NCBI GenBank assembly: GCA_965223295.1
Contig: CBDCWC010000002.1
Coordinates: 608,001-672,000 of the forward strand
Direction of reading: 5' to 3'
Source: Nitrospirales bacterium
GTDB lineage: Bacteria > Nitrospirota > Nitrospiria > Nitrospirales > UBA8639
DNA: 64,000 nt
Below, in pieces: positions 20,568-32,150 of this stretch. Position 1 is the first letter of the stretch, and each line of letters starts with the position of its first letter. Position numbers and translations under genes: made by a program. The notes beneath the pieces were generated by a model. It was not told the origin of the DNA and searched no databases. It saw nothing but the letters and a program-made list of their open reading frames with translations.

Positions 20568-22655
20568 ATGAAACACGGCACCATCCACAATGTTGTCCTG
20601 GCTTCCTATCCTGGAGCCGGAAAAACCAGCCTCACTGAAGCTCTCGCCTTTTCGGCCGGACTCATTCCCAGTATGGGCCATGTCTTACAGGGCACTACTC
20701 TTGCCGACTTTGAACCGGAAGAAGTACATCGTCATCATTCCTTGAGTTCTGCGCTGATTCAATTTGAATGGCAGGGGACAAGAATGAACGTCCTGGATAC
20801 TCCGGGTATGTCGGATTATGGAGTGGAGGTCCAGTCGTCGCTGAGGGCTGCGGATGGCGTGATTTTAGTGATCGGGGCTGGAACGGGGCTTCGTTCAGAA
20901 ATTGAACGGGTGTGGGACTTGATTCAAGAGCAGGAACTGCCTTGTTTGATTTTTATCAATGAATTAGATAAGGACGGGACCGATTTTACGGCGATCTTGG
21001 AGGAGTGCCAAAAAAGCTTAGAGCTGAAGGGGGTACCGCTGACGATTCCAGGAATGCAAGATGGACAACTGTCGGGAGTCATTGATCTCCTATCTCGCCA
21101 GTTCGTAACCTCTCATATACAGGGACCAAAATTTCAACGAAAGGATCTTTTGGCAGAACATGAAACGTTGACAACTGAGCATCGACGTCGGCTTACCGAA
21201 CTAGTGGCCGAGACGAATGATCAACTGGTGGAAAAGTACCTCACGGATGGAGAGCTGTCGGATGAAGATCTGATTGATGGCTTGACGTTGGGTACTCTGG
21301 AGCGAAAAATTGTTCCCGTTCTTTGTGGATCAGCAACCAGCAACGTGGGAATAGCGAGTCTTTTGGATGCCGTCATCCGTTTTCTGCCCTCGCCTGAAGA
21401 TCGCGCCAAGTTACATCCCTTGGCTGGTATTCAGCCACAAACTCAGGAAGCCTGTCAGCGACATCCCAACCCTCAAGAACCATTTTCGGGCCTCGCATTT
21501 AAAACTACGATTGATCCATTCATGGGTCGTCTCACCTATGTTCGAGTCTTGTCGGGAACACTCCAAGCCGATTCAGCTTTTTTCAATGCTTCACGGCAAG
21601 TCAAAGAAAAAGGTGGGCACCTCTTCTTTTCTATCGGGAAAAAACATCAACAAACCGATCACGCGGACGCGGGCGATATTGTGGCAATCGCTAAGCTTAA
21701 AGACACACAAACTGGCGATACGATTTGTGAAGAGAAACATCCCATTGCCTACCCCGGTCTTACGATTTTAAAACCTGTCATGTCTTATGCGTTAGAGGTT
21801 AAAAGTAACAAAGAAATCGACAAGGTGAGTTTAGGCTTACATAAGTTGGTGGAGGAAGATCCCTCTCTGGAATTTTTGAGAAATGATGAAACCAAGGAAA
21901 TGCTTCTGAGCGGGGTAGGGCAAGTCCATATCGATGCGACCTTAGAAAAGTTACGGCGGAAATATGGGGTAGACGTAAATTTACATATGCCAAAGGTGCC
22001 CTACAAAGAAACGATTCACCGTATGGCTCAAGCCCAAGGCAAGTACAAAAAACAAACAGGAGGACATGGGCAATTTGGCGATTGTTGGTTGCAGATTGAA
22101 CCGCTGTCCCGGGGAAAAGGCTTCGAATTTCACAACAAGATTGTGGGCGGCGCGATTCCGAGGAATTTTATCCCCGCCGTTGAAAAAGGCGTACAAGAAG
22201 CCATGCAACATGGCATTATTGCCGGCTTTCCGGTGATCGACGTGCAAGTCACTGTCTATGATGGCTCACATCATCCGGTTGACTCCTCAGAAATGGCCTT
22301 TAAAGTCGCTGCATCAATGGGCTTCAAGAAAGCTATGGAGTCAGCCCAAGCAGGCTTGCTTGAACCAATCATGGCTGTGGAAGTGACTGTTCCTGATGAT
22401 CTGGTAGGAACCGTCATTGGTGATCTCAACTCGCGTCGTGGGCGTATTCAGGGGATGGATGCCAAAGGCCATCATGAAATCGTCAAAGCTCATGTGCCCT
22501 TAGCGGAAATGCTCACCTATGCACCAACGCTCACATCACTGACTGGAGGAAAAGGCAGTTATCGAATGGAATTTTTTGGCTACGAAGACGTTCCCAAAGA
22601 ATTGGTCAATCGAGTCGTAGAAGAACAACAGAAGGAAGCGGTCGCGTCGACTTAG
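20568..22655 (+). CDS. Elongation factor G paralog (EF-G2/FusA2-like)
   Basis: GAGKTS, DTPG, EEDPSL, KKQTGGHGQFG, YDGSHHPVDSSEMAF and DLNSRRG motifs, with divergent G motifs. RBS GAGGAGG precedes the ATG at 20568. Confidence 0.9.
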   Translation: MKHGTIHNVVLASYPGAGKTSLTEALAFSAGLIPSMGHVLQGTTLADFEPEEVHRHHSLSSALIQFEWQGTRMNVLDTPGMSDYGVEVQSSLRAADGVILVIGAGTGLRSEIERVWDLIQEQELPCLIFINELDKDGTDFTAILEECQKSLELKGVPLTIPGMQDGQLSGVIDLLSRQFVTSHIQGPKFQRKDLLAEHETLTTEHRRRLTELVAETNDQLVEKYLTDGELSDEDLIDGLTLGTLERKIVPVLCGSATSNVGIASLLDAVIRFLPSPEDRAKLHPLAGIQPQTQEACQRHPNPQEPFSGLAFKTTIDPFMGRLTYVRVLSGTLQADSAFFNASRQVKEKGGHLFFSIGKKHQQTDHADAGDIVAIAKLKDTQTGDTICEEKHPIAYPGLTILKPVMSYALEVKSNKEIDKVSLGLHKLVEEDPSLEFLRNDETKEMLLSGVGQVHIDATLEKLRRKYGVDVNLHMPKVPYKETIHRMAQAQGKYKKQTGGHGQFGDCWLQIEPLSRGKGFEFHNKIVGGAIPRNFIPAVEKGVQEAMQHGIIAGFPVIDVQVTVYDGSHHPVDSSEMAFKVAASMGFKKAMESAQAGLLEPIMAVEVTVPDDLVGTVIGDLNSRRGRIQGMDAKGHHEIVKAHVPLAEMLTYAPTLTSLTGGKGSYRMEFFGYEDVPKELVNRVVEEQQKEAVAST

Positions 22656-22823
22656 TGAGGGTGCGTGTATTTCGGAAAGAATAACCGTTCAGGTTATAAG
22701 AGCAGGCAACCGCCTTCATGTACCAAGGTCTTCGCACGGTACTATGAACTGCATCTTCTGAGGAAGATCGTACTTGAGCACTAGCACTCCACGTTGTTCT
22801 TATAAGCGCTAAAGGCTATATTT

Positions 22824-23543
22824 TTATAACTTCTTTCTACGACGAAAGAGTTCCAGACATACTAAGCCAGATATGAAAAGGCCTAACGTACTTGGCTCAG
22901 GAACGGGAGTCGAGGACTCTTTGGTTAATCGCACATTGTCGAGAATCAAGCCAATGTTGTCTCCACCATTGTCTCCACCTGAGGCATGAGCAAAGAACAA
23001 TGTTCCTGTGGTTGAGGCATCGGAAGAAACCATGCGTGTGACTGTCTGAAAAGGATCGTCAAAATCCCGCACGAACGTTTCTTGGTAAAGAGAACCAAGC
23101 ACCACGGTAACAGCGTTGTCACCCTCGTTTTGATTCGGGAACTCACTGCATATAGGAGAAGTGGTGGCGCAGGGGCCTGCCAAATCAAAGGTGAGAATGA
23201 TTTGGTCATTCGGATTAAATGAAAAGGTGTTCTTCGATTCAAGCCTTCCCGCATGGCTTGTCGACCCATCTAGGTCGAGATAGAGGCCGTTGCCTGGGTA
23301 AAAATCCACGAATCCATTACCTAAGAGATCGACACTGCCATTTGTTACGTTCCAGTTGGTGAAAGTAGAGAAGTTCGTTTGTCCCATACCGCCGTTCTCA
23401 TTATCAAAATTATCCTCTAGAAGAGTCATGGTAGCTGCGAATGCCACCTGAGAAATGCAAAGGAGAAAACCGGCAATACAGACCATGAGACCAATTAAAG
23501 TCTTGCGTTTGCTTCTTAATGCCGTAGGATGAATCATAAACAT
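22824..23543 (-). CDS. PEP-CTERM sorting-domain surface protein
   Basis: Signal peptide, Asn/Gly/Thr-rich beta domain and C-terminal PVPEPSTLGLFISGLVCLELFRRRKKL. Confidence 0.9.
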   Translation of the reverse strand: MFMIHPTALRSKRKTLIGLMVCIAGFLLCISQVAFAATMTLLEDNFDNENGGMGQTNFSTFTNWNVTNGSVDLLGNGFVDFYPGNGLYLDLDGSTSHAGRLESKNTFSFNPNDQIILTFDLAGPCATTSPICSEFPNQNEGDNAVTVVLGSLYQETFVRDFDDPFQTVTRMVSSDASTTGTLFFAHASGGDNGGDNIGLILDNVRLTKESSTPVPEPSTLGLFISGLVCLELFRRRKKL

Positions 23544-23778
23544 TCTCCTTTCTTAAGATTTGTCTTTTCTCCCTTGATAGACTTCTACTTTGCAATAGAA
23601 CCACGTAGAGGGGGAAACTTGCAGGAGGCTCTCAAAGAAACGACCAGACTTTATAAGTCAGGCTAGTCAATAGTTCCATTAATTATGCAAAATTAACCGT
23701 GAAATGACGTAAAGTCAATGCAGGATCTGTCATGTATGAATGACCTCGCCTTGCTTGAAGCACAATAACTAAAGAGCT

Positions 23779-24126
23779 ATGAATAGAATGAAAACAATAG
23801 TAGTGGTAGTTGTCACTGGATTGGGGATGATGACCTTTGGGGGAATAACGTCAGCCAACCTGCTTGAAGTCAAGAAAGCTGTGGAAGGGACTCTTTGTCG
23901 AAAGCTCGCGACAGACTATGCAAAAGATCCTAGCACTTTGACTGTGCAAACCATTGCTCAACTGCAAATCTGTCTGGCGCAAACTCTGCAAGCCGCACCT
24001 TCACGTGCCATACCCAAAAATTTCGATATTCAAGCCCCACCTCCTCCATCATCCAATCGTGTCGACACCATACTTCCAACTCCACCAACCCCGCCTACGC
24101 CTCCCCAATCCATTAGGATTAAGTGA
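23779..24126 (+). CDS. Hypothetical secreted protein with Pro-rich tail
   Basis: Signal-peptide-like N-terminus, two Cys and a PTPPTPPTPP tail. Confidence 0.6.
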   Translation: MNRMKTIVVVVVTGLGMMTFGGITSANLLEVKKAVEGTLCRKLATDYAKDPSTLTVQTIAQLQICLAQTLQAAPSRAIPKNFDIQAPPPPSSNRVDTILPTPPTPPTPPQSIRIK

Positions 24127-24325
24127 TTAAAGCATTAGTCCCGGCTGTTTTCGTGAGTCTGCACTCTGACAGCTGCTTTTCCGCCAATTAGGTTTATTGC
24201 AGGAATGGCAGTATGACCGAGAGGAGATAATGGATACCCGATGACATATGTTGAGCATGATGCAGCAGAACTGAATCGCCTATATTTTTAACATGTGGAG
24301 AAAGCCAGAGAAAAGAAAAAATTTT

Positions 24326-25699
24326 TTATTGCTGGGTTTTGAGGACGATGAAGAAGGCGCGGGCTTTGCGGATGATGCGGAGAAGGACGGTTTGCCCGGG
24401 TTTAATTTTTTCTAAGGCTGCAGAGAATTGTGCGACACTTCTGACTCCTTGACGGTTGACTTCAGTAATAAAATCACCTTCTTGAATGCCTTCTGAATGA
24501 GCTAGACCGCCTCGCTCTACTTTTGAAACTAACACTCCAACTGTTTCTTTCAGTTCAAACTCTTCGGCTAGGGCTGCCGTGAGCGCTTGAACATCCAAGC
24601 CTAATTTGATCTCTGATTTTTGTGAGGGGAGTGAGGCGAAGGTTGTTTTTTCCGGCCTTTCGGCCATTGGAACATGATAAATCAACTCTTTACCGTCTCG
24701 CAGCAAGTGAACTTTGGCTTCTTGCCCAGGTCCAACTTGGGCCACCAAGCGGGACAGTTGATTGGGTGAGTCAACAGACTGGTCATCGACCTTCAAAATA
24801 ATATCTCCGGGCTTAATGCCTGCGGCATGAGCCGGGTCATCTTCATAGACTTCATTAATAAGAACGCCTCGTCCTTCCTTAATTCCAAATTGTTTGGACA
24901 GTTCTTTTGTTAACGCCTGAATGCCTACACCCAGCCAGCCCCGCACCACGCGACCTTGTGAGACCAATTGATCAACCACACGAGAGACCATGTTTGCAGG
25001 GATAGAGAACCCTATGCCTTGTGCCATATGGATAATGGCCGTATTAATGCCGATGACTTCACCGCGAAGATTAAATAAAGGACCACCTGAATTTCCTGGA
25101 TTAATTGCTGCATCAGTTTGGATGAAGTTTTCATATTTGGATAAATTTAATCGTTCACGTCCAATTCCACTAATGACGCCTAAAGTCACAGTTCGATCCA
25201 GTCCCATTGGATTGCCAACAGCCAAGACCCATTGGCCTACTTTTAGGTCTCGCGAATTGCCAAATTGTGCCGCAGGTAATTCTCGGTCAGTTTCAATCTT
25301 AATAACGGCAATATCTGTTTCTTTGTCGCGACCAATAATGCGTCCAATTTGGTGTGTTTTGTCAGAGAGACGGACTTCAGCTTCTGTCGTATCTTCACCC
25401 ACAACATGATTATTCGTTACGATAATGCCATCCTCTCGGACAATGACACCGGAACCGCTTCCTTGGGCATAGGAACCCCGTCTCTTAAATCCCTGAGGCG
25501 AGGTGATTTCTCGAATCGGCGTAATGTTAACAACCATAGGCGTGACACGTTCCGCTAGGCTGGTAATTGAAAATTGAATTTCTTCCAAAGCTTGAAGCCC
25601 ACGGAGCTCTTTATCTGTTGGCGCAGTGGCCCAAGCGAAACTTAGTGGCAAAAAGGCATAAACGATTGAATAGATAGCTATTTTTGATAGATTTTTCAT
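24326..25699 (-). CDS. degP: HtrA/DegP (Do-family) periplasmic serine protease with two PDZ domains
   Basis: GSGSGVI, TNNHVV, TDIAVIK and QTDAAINPGNSGGPL motifs, followed by two PDZ domains. Confidence 0.92.
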   Translation of the reverse strand: MKNLSKIAIYSIVYAFLPLSFAWATAPTDKELRGLQALEEIQFSITSLAERVTPMVVNITPIREITSPQGFKRRGSYAQGSGSGVIVREDGIIVTNNHVVGEDTTEAEVRLSDKTHQIGRIIGRDKETDIAVIKIETDRELPAAQFGNSRDLKVGQWVLAVGNPMGLDRTVTLGVISGIGRERLNLSKYENFIQTDAAINPGNSGGPLFNLRGEVIGINTAIIHMAQGIGFSIPANMVSRVVDQLVSQGRVVRGWLGVGIQALTKELSKQFGIKEGRGVLINEVYEDDPAHAAGIKPGDIILKVDDQSVDSPNQLSRLVAQVGPGQEAKVHLLRDGKELIYHVPMAERPEKTTFASLPSQKSEIKLGLDVQALTAALAEEFELKETVGVLVSKVERGGLAHSEGIQEGDFITEVNRQGVRSVAQFSAALEKIKPGQTVLLRIIRKARAFFIVLKTQQ

Positions 25700-25741
25700 A
25701 TAATTTCTCGAATATCTAAATGTCGCATAATAAATATTATG

Positions 25742-26338
25742 TCAAATAGACGAGAAGCTTATTTTTGGCTCTGTCCCCTTTAAGAGTCGAACGATATTAT
25801 CTTTGTGACAGTACACAATTAATGCTAACACTGCTAACGCAAAAAGGAAAAGGAAGAAGTTTCTTTCGTAAAACCATGCGAGAAACGGAAATGCCGTAAA
25901 TGCAGCTAGCGCGCCACCTGACGAATATTTGAACAATACGACAGCAGTTAGCCAAACTCCCAGTAAGCATAGACCCAAAAATAAGCTCATGCCACAGACT
26001 GCACCTAAGGCCGTCGCCACGCCCTTGCCACCTTTAAATTTGAGGAATACCGAAAAAATATGTCCAAGAATAACTGCAAGACCTATAAGAAGCACCCAGC
26101 CATGTGGAGTTTCTAGGTATAAAGCCAGACCTGTTGCTAATGCCCCTTTCCCGATATCTCCAAGCAGAGTCAGTATGCCGGCTTTTTTGCCTGAGACTCG
26201 CAAGACATTGGTAAATCCAATATTTTTACTGCCTTGAGTGCGGGGATCCGTCTCTCCTAATGCTTGGCTGACAATCAACCCAAACGGAATTGATCCTAAA
26301 AGATACGCTCCTAGGGCAGCCAGGACATACATAAACAT
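25742..26338 (-). CDS. plsY: Glycerol-3-phosphate acyltransferase
   Basis: YLLGSIPFG, GSKNIGFTNVLR, GGKGVAT and HKDNIVRL motifs. Confidence 0.95.
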   Translation of the reverse strand: MFMYVLAALGAYLLGSIPFGLIVSQALGETDPRTQGSKNIGFTNVLRVSGKKAGILTLLGDIGKGALATGLALYLETPHGWVLLIGLAVILGHIFSVFLKFKGGKGVATALGAVCGMSLFLGLCLLGVWLTAVVLFKYSSGGALAAFTAFPFLAWFYERNFFLFLFALAVLALIVYCHKDNIVRLLKGTEPKISFSSI

Positions 26339-26360
26339 TCATGCTTATCTTTAGAAGGAG

Positions 26361-26978
26361 CTACCAATATTGTGGGCTGAGTTTTTTAAAGATAAGGACG
26401 AGGTAATGCCAGCCTGAAGCTAGTGAGAGGACTAACGCCACATAGAGTAGAACGAGACCTACAGAGGACAACGCACCTTGAAATTCTGGCCAAGCCGTGT
26501 GGAAAATAAGACAAAGAATCCCTCCAATTTGACCAACAACTTTAAATTTCCCCAATGAGTCAGCCGGCACGATAAAGCCTTCTTTTGCTGCCACTGCTCT
26601 CGCTCCGGTGACCACCAACTCTCTGGCAATCATGACGAGCGCAAGCCAGACTGCCACCTGTTGAGATTGCACGAGAAGAATAAGGCCTGAAGCCACCAGG
26701 AGTTTATCGGCTACAGGATCCAACAATTTCCCTAAGTTCGTGATTTGCCCGCTTCGTCGAGCTAGATATCCATCTAGGAAATCCGTGAAAGCCGCAGCAG
26801 AAAAAACCAACCCAGCCCATAAAGCTCTCTCCGGGGTCGGCTCTAAATAGAGCCAAACAAACACAGGAATTAAGAGAATCCTCAGAAGAGTAATGGAGTT
26901 AGGAAGATTCAAACTTGCCTCTCTACTTTCTAGATTGGCATGTGGCGCTTTAGATTTTAGGATATCTGAAGAGTTCAT
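26361..26978 (-). CDS. pgsA: CDP-diacylglycerol--glycerol-3-phosphate 3-phosphatidyltransferase
   Basis: NLPNSITLLRI and TDFLDGYLARR..QITNLGKLLDPVADK motifs. Confidence 0.93.
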   Translation of the reverse strand: MNSSDILKSKAPHANLESREASLNLPNSITLLRILLIPVFVWLYLEPTPERALWAGLVFSAAAFTDFLDGYLARRSGQITNLGKLLDPVADKLLVASGLILLVQSQQVAVWLALVMIARELVVTGARAVAAKEGFIVPADSLGKFKVVGQIGGILCLIFHTAWPEFQGALSSVGLVLLYVALVLSLASGWHYLVLIFKKLSPQYW

Positions 26979-27006
26979 TGTTTCTTTTTAAATTTAAAGC
27001 GCGATA

Positions 27007-27852
27007 TCAAGTAAGAGCAGAAAACATTCCTTTTCCTGCAGCTTCCCAAATAGTTTTTAATTGAACAAGTAGCATTTTCAATTCACTTAACCGTACCATA
27101 TTGGGGCCATCGGATAGCGCTTCCTCTGGATGAGGATGGACCTCCATGAAAAAGCCATCGCACCCCACCGCCGCTGCCGCTCGAGCCAAGGGAGCGACAA
27201 ATTCTCGCTGGCCTGAGGAACACGTTCCTCCTCCACCTGGTAGTTGGACACAATGGGTCGCATCAAAAATGATCGGATAGCCCAAATCCCTCATGACCGG
27301 CAAGGAGCGCATATCCACAACTAAATTTTGATATCCAAAACTTGAACCTCGTTCGGTTAAGCAAATGTTCTTCGTGCCAGCTTCTTCCAGTTTTTTCACA
27401 ACATTAGTCATGTCCCATGGAGACAAAAATTGGCCTTTTTTGACATTTACGACTCGGCCAGACTTTGCAGCAGCAGCTAACAAGTCAGTTTGCCGACAAA
27501 GAAACGCGGGAATCTGCAAAATATCCGCCACGTCAGCTACTTGAGATACGTCCTGTACCTGATGAATATCGGTAAGAATGGGGACACCAACGTCATCTTT
27601 GACTTTCTTGAGAATCCGTAATCCTTCATCAAGCCCTAAGCCGCGAAAAGAAGAAATCGATGTTCGATTGGCCTTATCGTACGATGCCTTAAAGATATAC
27701 GGAATTTGTAATTCTTGAGCAATCTTCGAGATTGTCGAGGCAGTATTTAAAGCAATACATTCACTTTCAATGACACAAGGACCAGCAATTAAAATATGCG
27801 GGGCATCTCCACCCACTGCAATGGAGCCAATTTGAACGTGAGAATATGCCAT
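27007..27852 (-). CDS. kdsA: KDO8P synthase
   Basis: [31 protein letters not shown] and KKGQFLSP motifs. Confidence 0.96.
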   Translation of the reverse strand: MAYSHVQIGSIAVGGDAPHILIAGPCVIESECIALNTASTISKIAQELQIPYIFKASYDKANRTSISSFRGLGLDEGLRILKKVKDDVGVPILTDIHQVQDVSQVADVADILQIPAFLCRQTDLLAAAAKSGRVVNVKKGQFLSPWDMTNVVKKLEEAGTKNICLTERGSSFGYQNLVVDMRSLPVMRDLGYPIIFDATHCVQLPGGGGTCSSGQREFVAPLARAAAAVGCDGFFMEVHPHPEEALSDGPNMVRLSELKMLLVQLKTIWEAAGKGMFSALT

Positions 27853-27866
27853 GGGCAATCCGGTCG

Positions 27867-29519
<1,653 letters not shown>

Positions 29520-29586
29520 TCACCATATTGTTCCATCTCTTTTCAAGTCTCTCCATATGACAACATTTTCCTTCCATTCAACCCCA

Positions 29587-30318
29587 TTAGTTCGTTACCA
29601 GAAATGATTCTGCAGTGGCAAGATCTTCTGGTGTATCAATACGAAGAGACGCATGAACGGTCTCCCACACCTGTATTGGCAGGCCATGTTCTAAGGCCCG
29701 AAGTTGTTCAAGTTTTTCGGCATCTTCAAGAAGCCCAGTGGGAAGATTTTGAAATTGCTGCAATGCCGTTTTTTGAAAAATATAGATTCCTAAATGCATC
29801 CAGGCTATGTGACCGGTTGCTTCAGGGATTCCATCCCGCCAACAGGGAATGGGGCTGCGTGAGAAATACAAGGCCTGTCCCTGCTTATCGGTGACGACTT
29901 TCACTATGGAAGGATTGGCGTAGTCTTCTTGTTTGACGATTTTTCTCTTCAAGGTGCCAATCTGTGCTTCTGAACGGACAAATGGCAAAATAAGGTCACT
30001 CAGTAAGTCAGCATGAAGCAAAATTTCATCGGCCTGTACATTCACCACCACATCATGCGTCAGTTCGGATGCCACCTTTGCTACGCGGTCAGTCCCGGTT
30101 CGACAAGATTCAGTGACCAGACGGGCGTCTCCACCAAAATCTTGTACCGTTTGTAGGATCGTCTTATCTTCTGTGACCACTAAGATTTGACCTGCTTGTG
30201 GGACACGCTGCACAGCTTCATAGGCATGCTGAATCAGAGGTTTGCCCGCGATTTTTTTGAGGGGCTTGCCAGGAAACCTTGAGGATCCATAGCGAGCCGG
30301 AAGACAAATACTCACCAT
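29587..30318 (-). CDS. kdsB: 3-deoxy-manno-octulosonate cytidylyltransferase
   Basis: PARYGSSRFPGKPL, ALYFSRSPIP and EKLEQLRALE motifs. Confidence 0.95.
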   Translation of the reverse strand: MVSICLPARYGSSRFPGKPLKKIAGKPLIQHAYEAVQRVPQAGQILVVTEDKTILQTVQDFGGDARLVTESCRTGTDRVAKVASELTHDVVVNVQADEILLHADLLSDLILPFVRSEAQIGTLKRKIVKQEDYANPSIVKVVTDKQGQALYFSRSPIPCWRDGIPEATGHIAWMHLGIYIFQKTALQQFQNLPTGLLEDAEKLEQLRALEHGLPIQVWETVHASLRIDTPEDLATAESFLVTN

Positions 30319-30324
30319 AATGGA

Positions 30325-31338
30325 TTAAGGGATATCATGTGTGAAAACATGTCGAAGCTGAGATTGTGTAACGGTGGCTGTCCCCACGATTCCAACAACG
30401 ATGCCTGCAGCCTGATTGGCCAGAACTGCGGCATCCGCAATGGGAGCCTTTGCACTTAACGCCAACGCCAGAGTACTAATGACCGTATCTCCTGCCCCTG
30501 TCACATCATAAACCTGTCGAGCCACCGCCGGAATGGTCCATGTATTTCCATTCTGTTCAAAAATACTCATGCCCTCTTCTCCCCTGGTCACGACCACAGC
30601 CTGACAATGCAACCGCTTTTGGAGAGACGTGCCAATCTGTTCGATCGGAATCTCTTGAGTCGGCAAATATCCTGCTGCTTGTTTAGCTTCAAGATGGTTG
30701 GGAGTGATGACCGTCACCCCCGCATAGTAGGACATATGTTCGACTTTGGGGTCCACAATAATGGGTACCTCATATGGTTTTGCCAGTTCTCGAATGTGTT
30801 GCATCAGTTCTTCTGTAATCAGACCTTTCGCATAATCGGAAATCACAATACAGGAAAGATGAGGCAGCCTCGCAGTCACATGCCGAAGAATTTTTCGTTG
30901 AATTGGCTGAGAGACGGAATCACGATGCTCCACATCAAATCGAACGATTTGTTGGTTATGTGCGATAACTCGGGTTTTTTTAATGGTTGGGCGGCTTTTG
31001 TCGATGAAAATTCCGGGTCCTAGCTTTGATGGGTGATGAATCTCTTGTAAGACCTGTTTGCCGGCTGCATCGGAGCCCAATACGCCACATAGTTCAACTT
31101 GGCCTCCCAGAGAGAGAATATTTTGATAGACGTTTGCCGCTCCCCCCATTCGATAGGACTCGGATTTCACGTGCACAACTGGAACTGGCGCTTCCGGTGA
31201 GACCCGGCTTACCGATCCCCAGATATAATGATCCAGAATTAAATCCCCAAGGACTAAGATATTGGTCTGAGAGAAACGGCGAAGATATTGAGAGAGTTTT
31301 CGTGAGGAAATTGTGGCAACAGAAGAAAAAGTCTTCAT
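30325..31338 (-). CDS. rfaE1: D-glycero-beta-D-manno-heptose-7-phosphate kinase (RfaE1/HldA, PfkB family)
   Basis: GDLILDHY, SRVSPEAPVPV, SDYAKG and DVTGAGDTV motifs. Confidence 0.92.
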   Translation of the reverse strand: MKTFSSVATISSRKLSQYLRRFSQTNILVLGDLILDHYIWGSVSRVSPEAPVPVVHVKSESYRMGGAANVYQNILSLGGQVELCGVLGSDAAGKQVLQEIHHPSKLGPGIFIDKSRPTIKKTRVIAHNQQIVRFDVEHRDSVSQPIQRKILRHVTARLPHLSCIVISDYAKGLITEELMQHIRELAKPYEVPIIVDPKVEHMSYYAGVTVITPNHLEAKQAAGYLPTQEIPIEQIGTSLQKRLHCQAVVVTRGEEGMSIFEQNGNTWTIPAVARQVYDVTGAGDTVISTLALALSAKAPIADAAVLANQAAGIVVGIVGTATVTQSQLRHVFTHDIP

Positions 31339-31390
31339 GCAAGATACGCGAAAGAAAAAAGAACTATCGAACGAGGACTATGGTTATGTG

Positions 31391-32143
31391 TTACTGAATG
31401 CCTTTTCCGATTCTGCCCCAGCGAATCCAATCTTTCCAATCCCCCTGCCCTTTCCACGACCAGTACACAAGGAACGCACGCCCCTTAATTTTATTCATTT
31501 TCACAAACCCCCAAAATCGACTATCCAGACTTTGATCTCGATTGTCGCCCATCACAAAATACGAGTCAGCAGGGACTGTTAGTGGTCCTAGATTGTCGCG
31601 TGGATTAATGCGGCCATCAATCATTCCAGGATCCACCCTTTGCGTGAAGTCCTTATCTTTAAACGGTTCTCCGTTGATTAAAATTTTTTTATTTTGAATT
31701 TCAATCACATCGCCAGGAGTCCCAATCACTCGCTTAATAAAATCTTTGTTCTCATCTTCAGGATAACGAAAGACGATGACATCCCCACGTTTGGGAGGGT
31801 CAAAATTCATGAGGATGGTAGAAGAAAAACAAGTGAGTGGCGGAAATGCCACCTGAAACTCGCAGTCTTGGGGCAATTGGACGCCGTAGGCTAATTTGGA
31901 AACAAGGATGTGATCGCCTATTAATAAAGTGGGAATCATGGATCCTGAAGGAATTTTAAAGGCCTGCACAACAAAGACACGAATGGTCAATGCCAAAATA
32001 ATGGCAATAATAAGGGCTTCAGCATATTCTCTGACAATGGATTTTGTGGACGAAGCTTTGTCTTTGCCGACCGAAGTCTCAGGAGACGATTTTTCTAGGC
32101 TGGAATTTGACGGTTCAGTTGGCTGCGGTTCGTGATCGGCCAT
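31391..32143 (-). CDS. lepB: Signal peptidase I
   Basis: IPSGSMIPTL, FIKRVIG and GDNRDQSLDSRFWG motifs. Confidence 0.96.
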   Translation of the reverse strand: MADHEPQPTEPSNSSLEKSSPETSVGKDKASSTKSIVREYAEALIIAIILALTIRVFVVQAFKIPSGSMIPTLLIGDHILVSKLAYGVQLPQDCEFQVAFPPLTCFSSTILMNFDPPKRGDVIVFRYPEDENKDFIKRVIGTPGDVIEIQNKKILINGEPFKDKDFTQRVDPGMIDGRINPRDNLGPLTVPADSYFVMGDNRDQSLDSRFWGFVKMNKIKGRAFLVYWSWKGQGDWKDWIRWGRIGKGIQ

Positions 32144-32150
32144 CAGCAAC

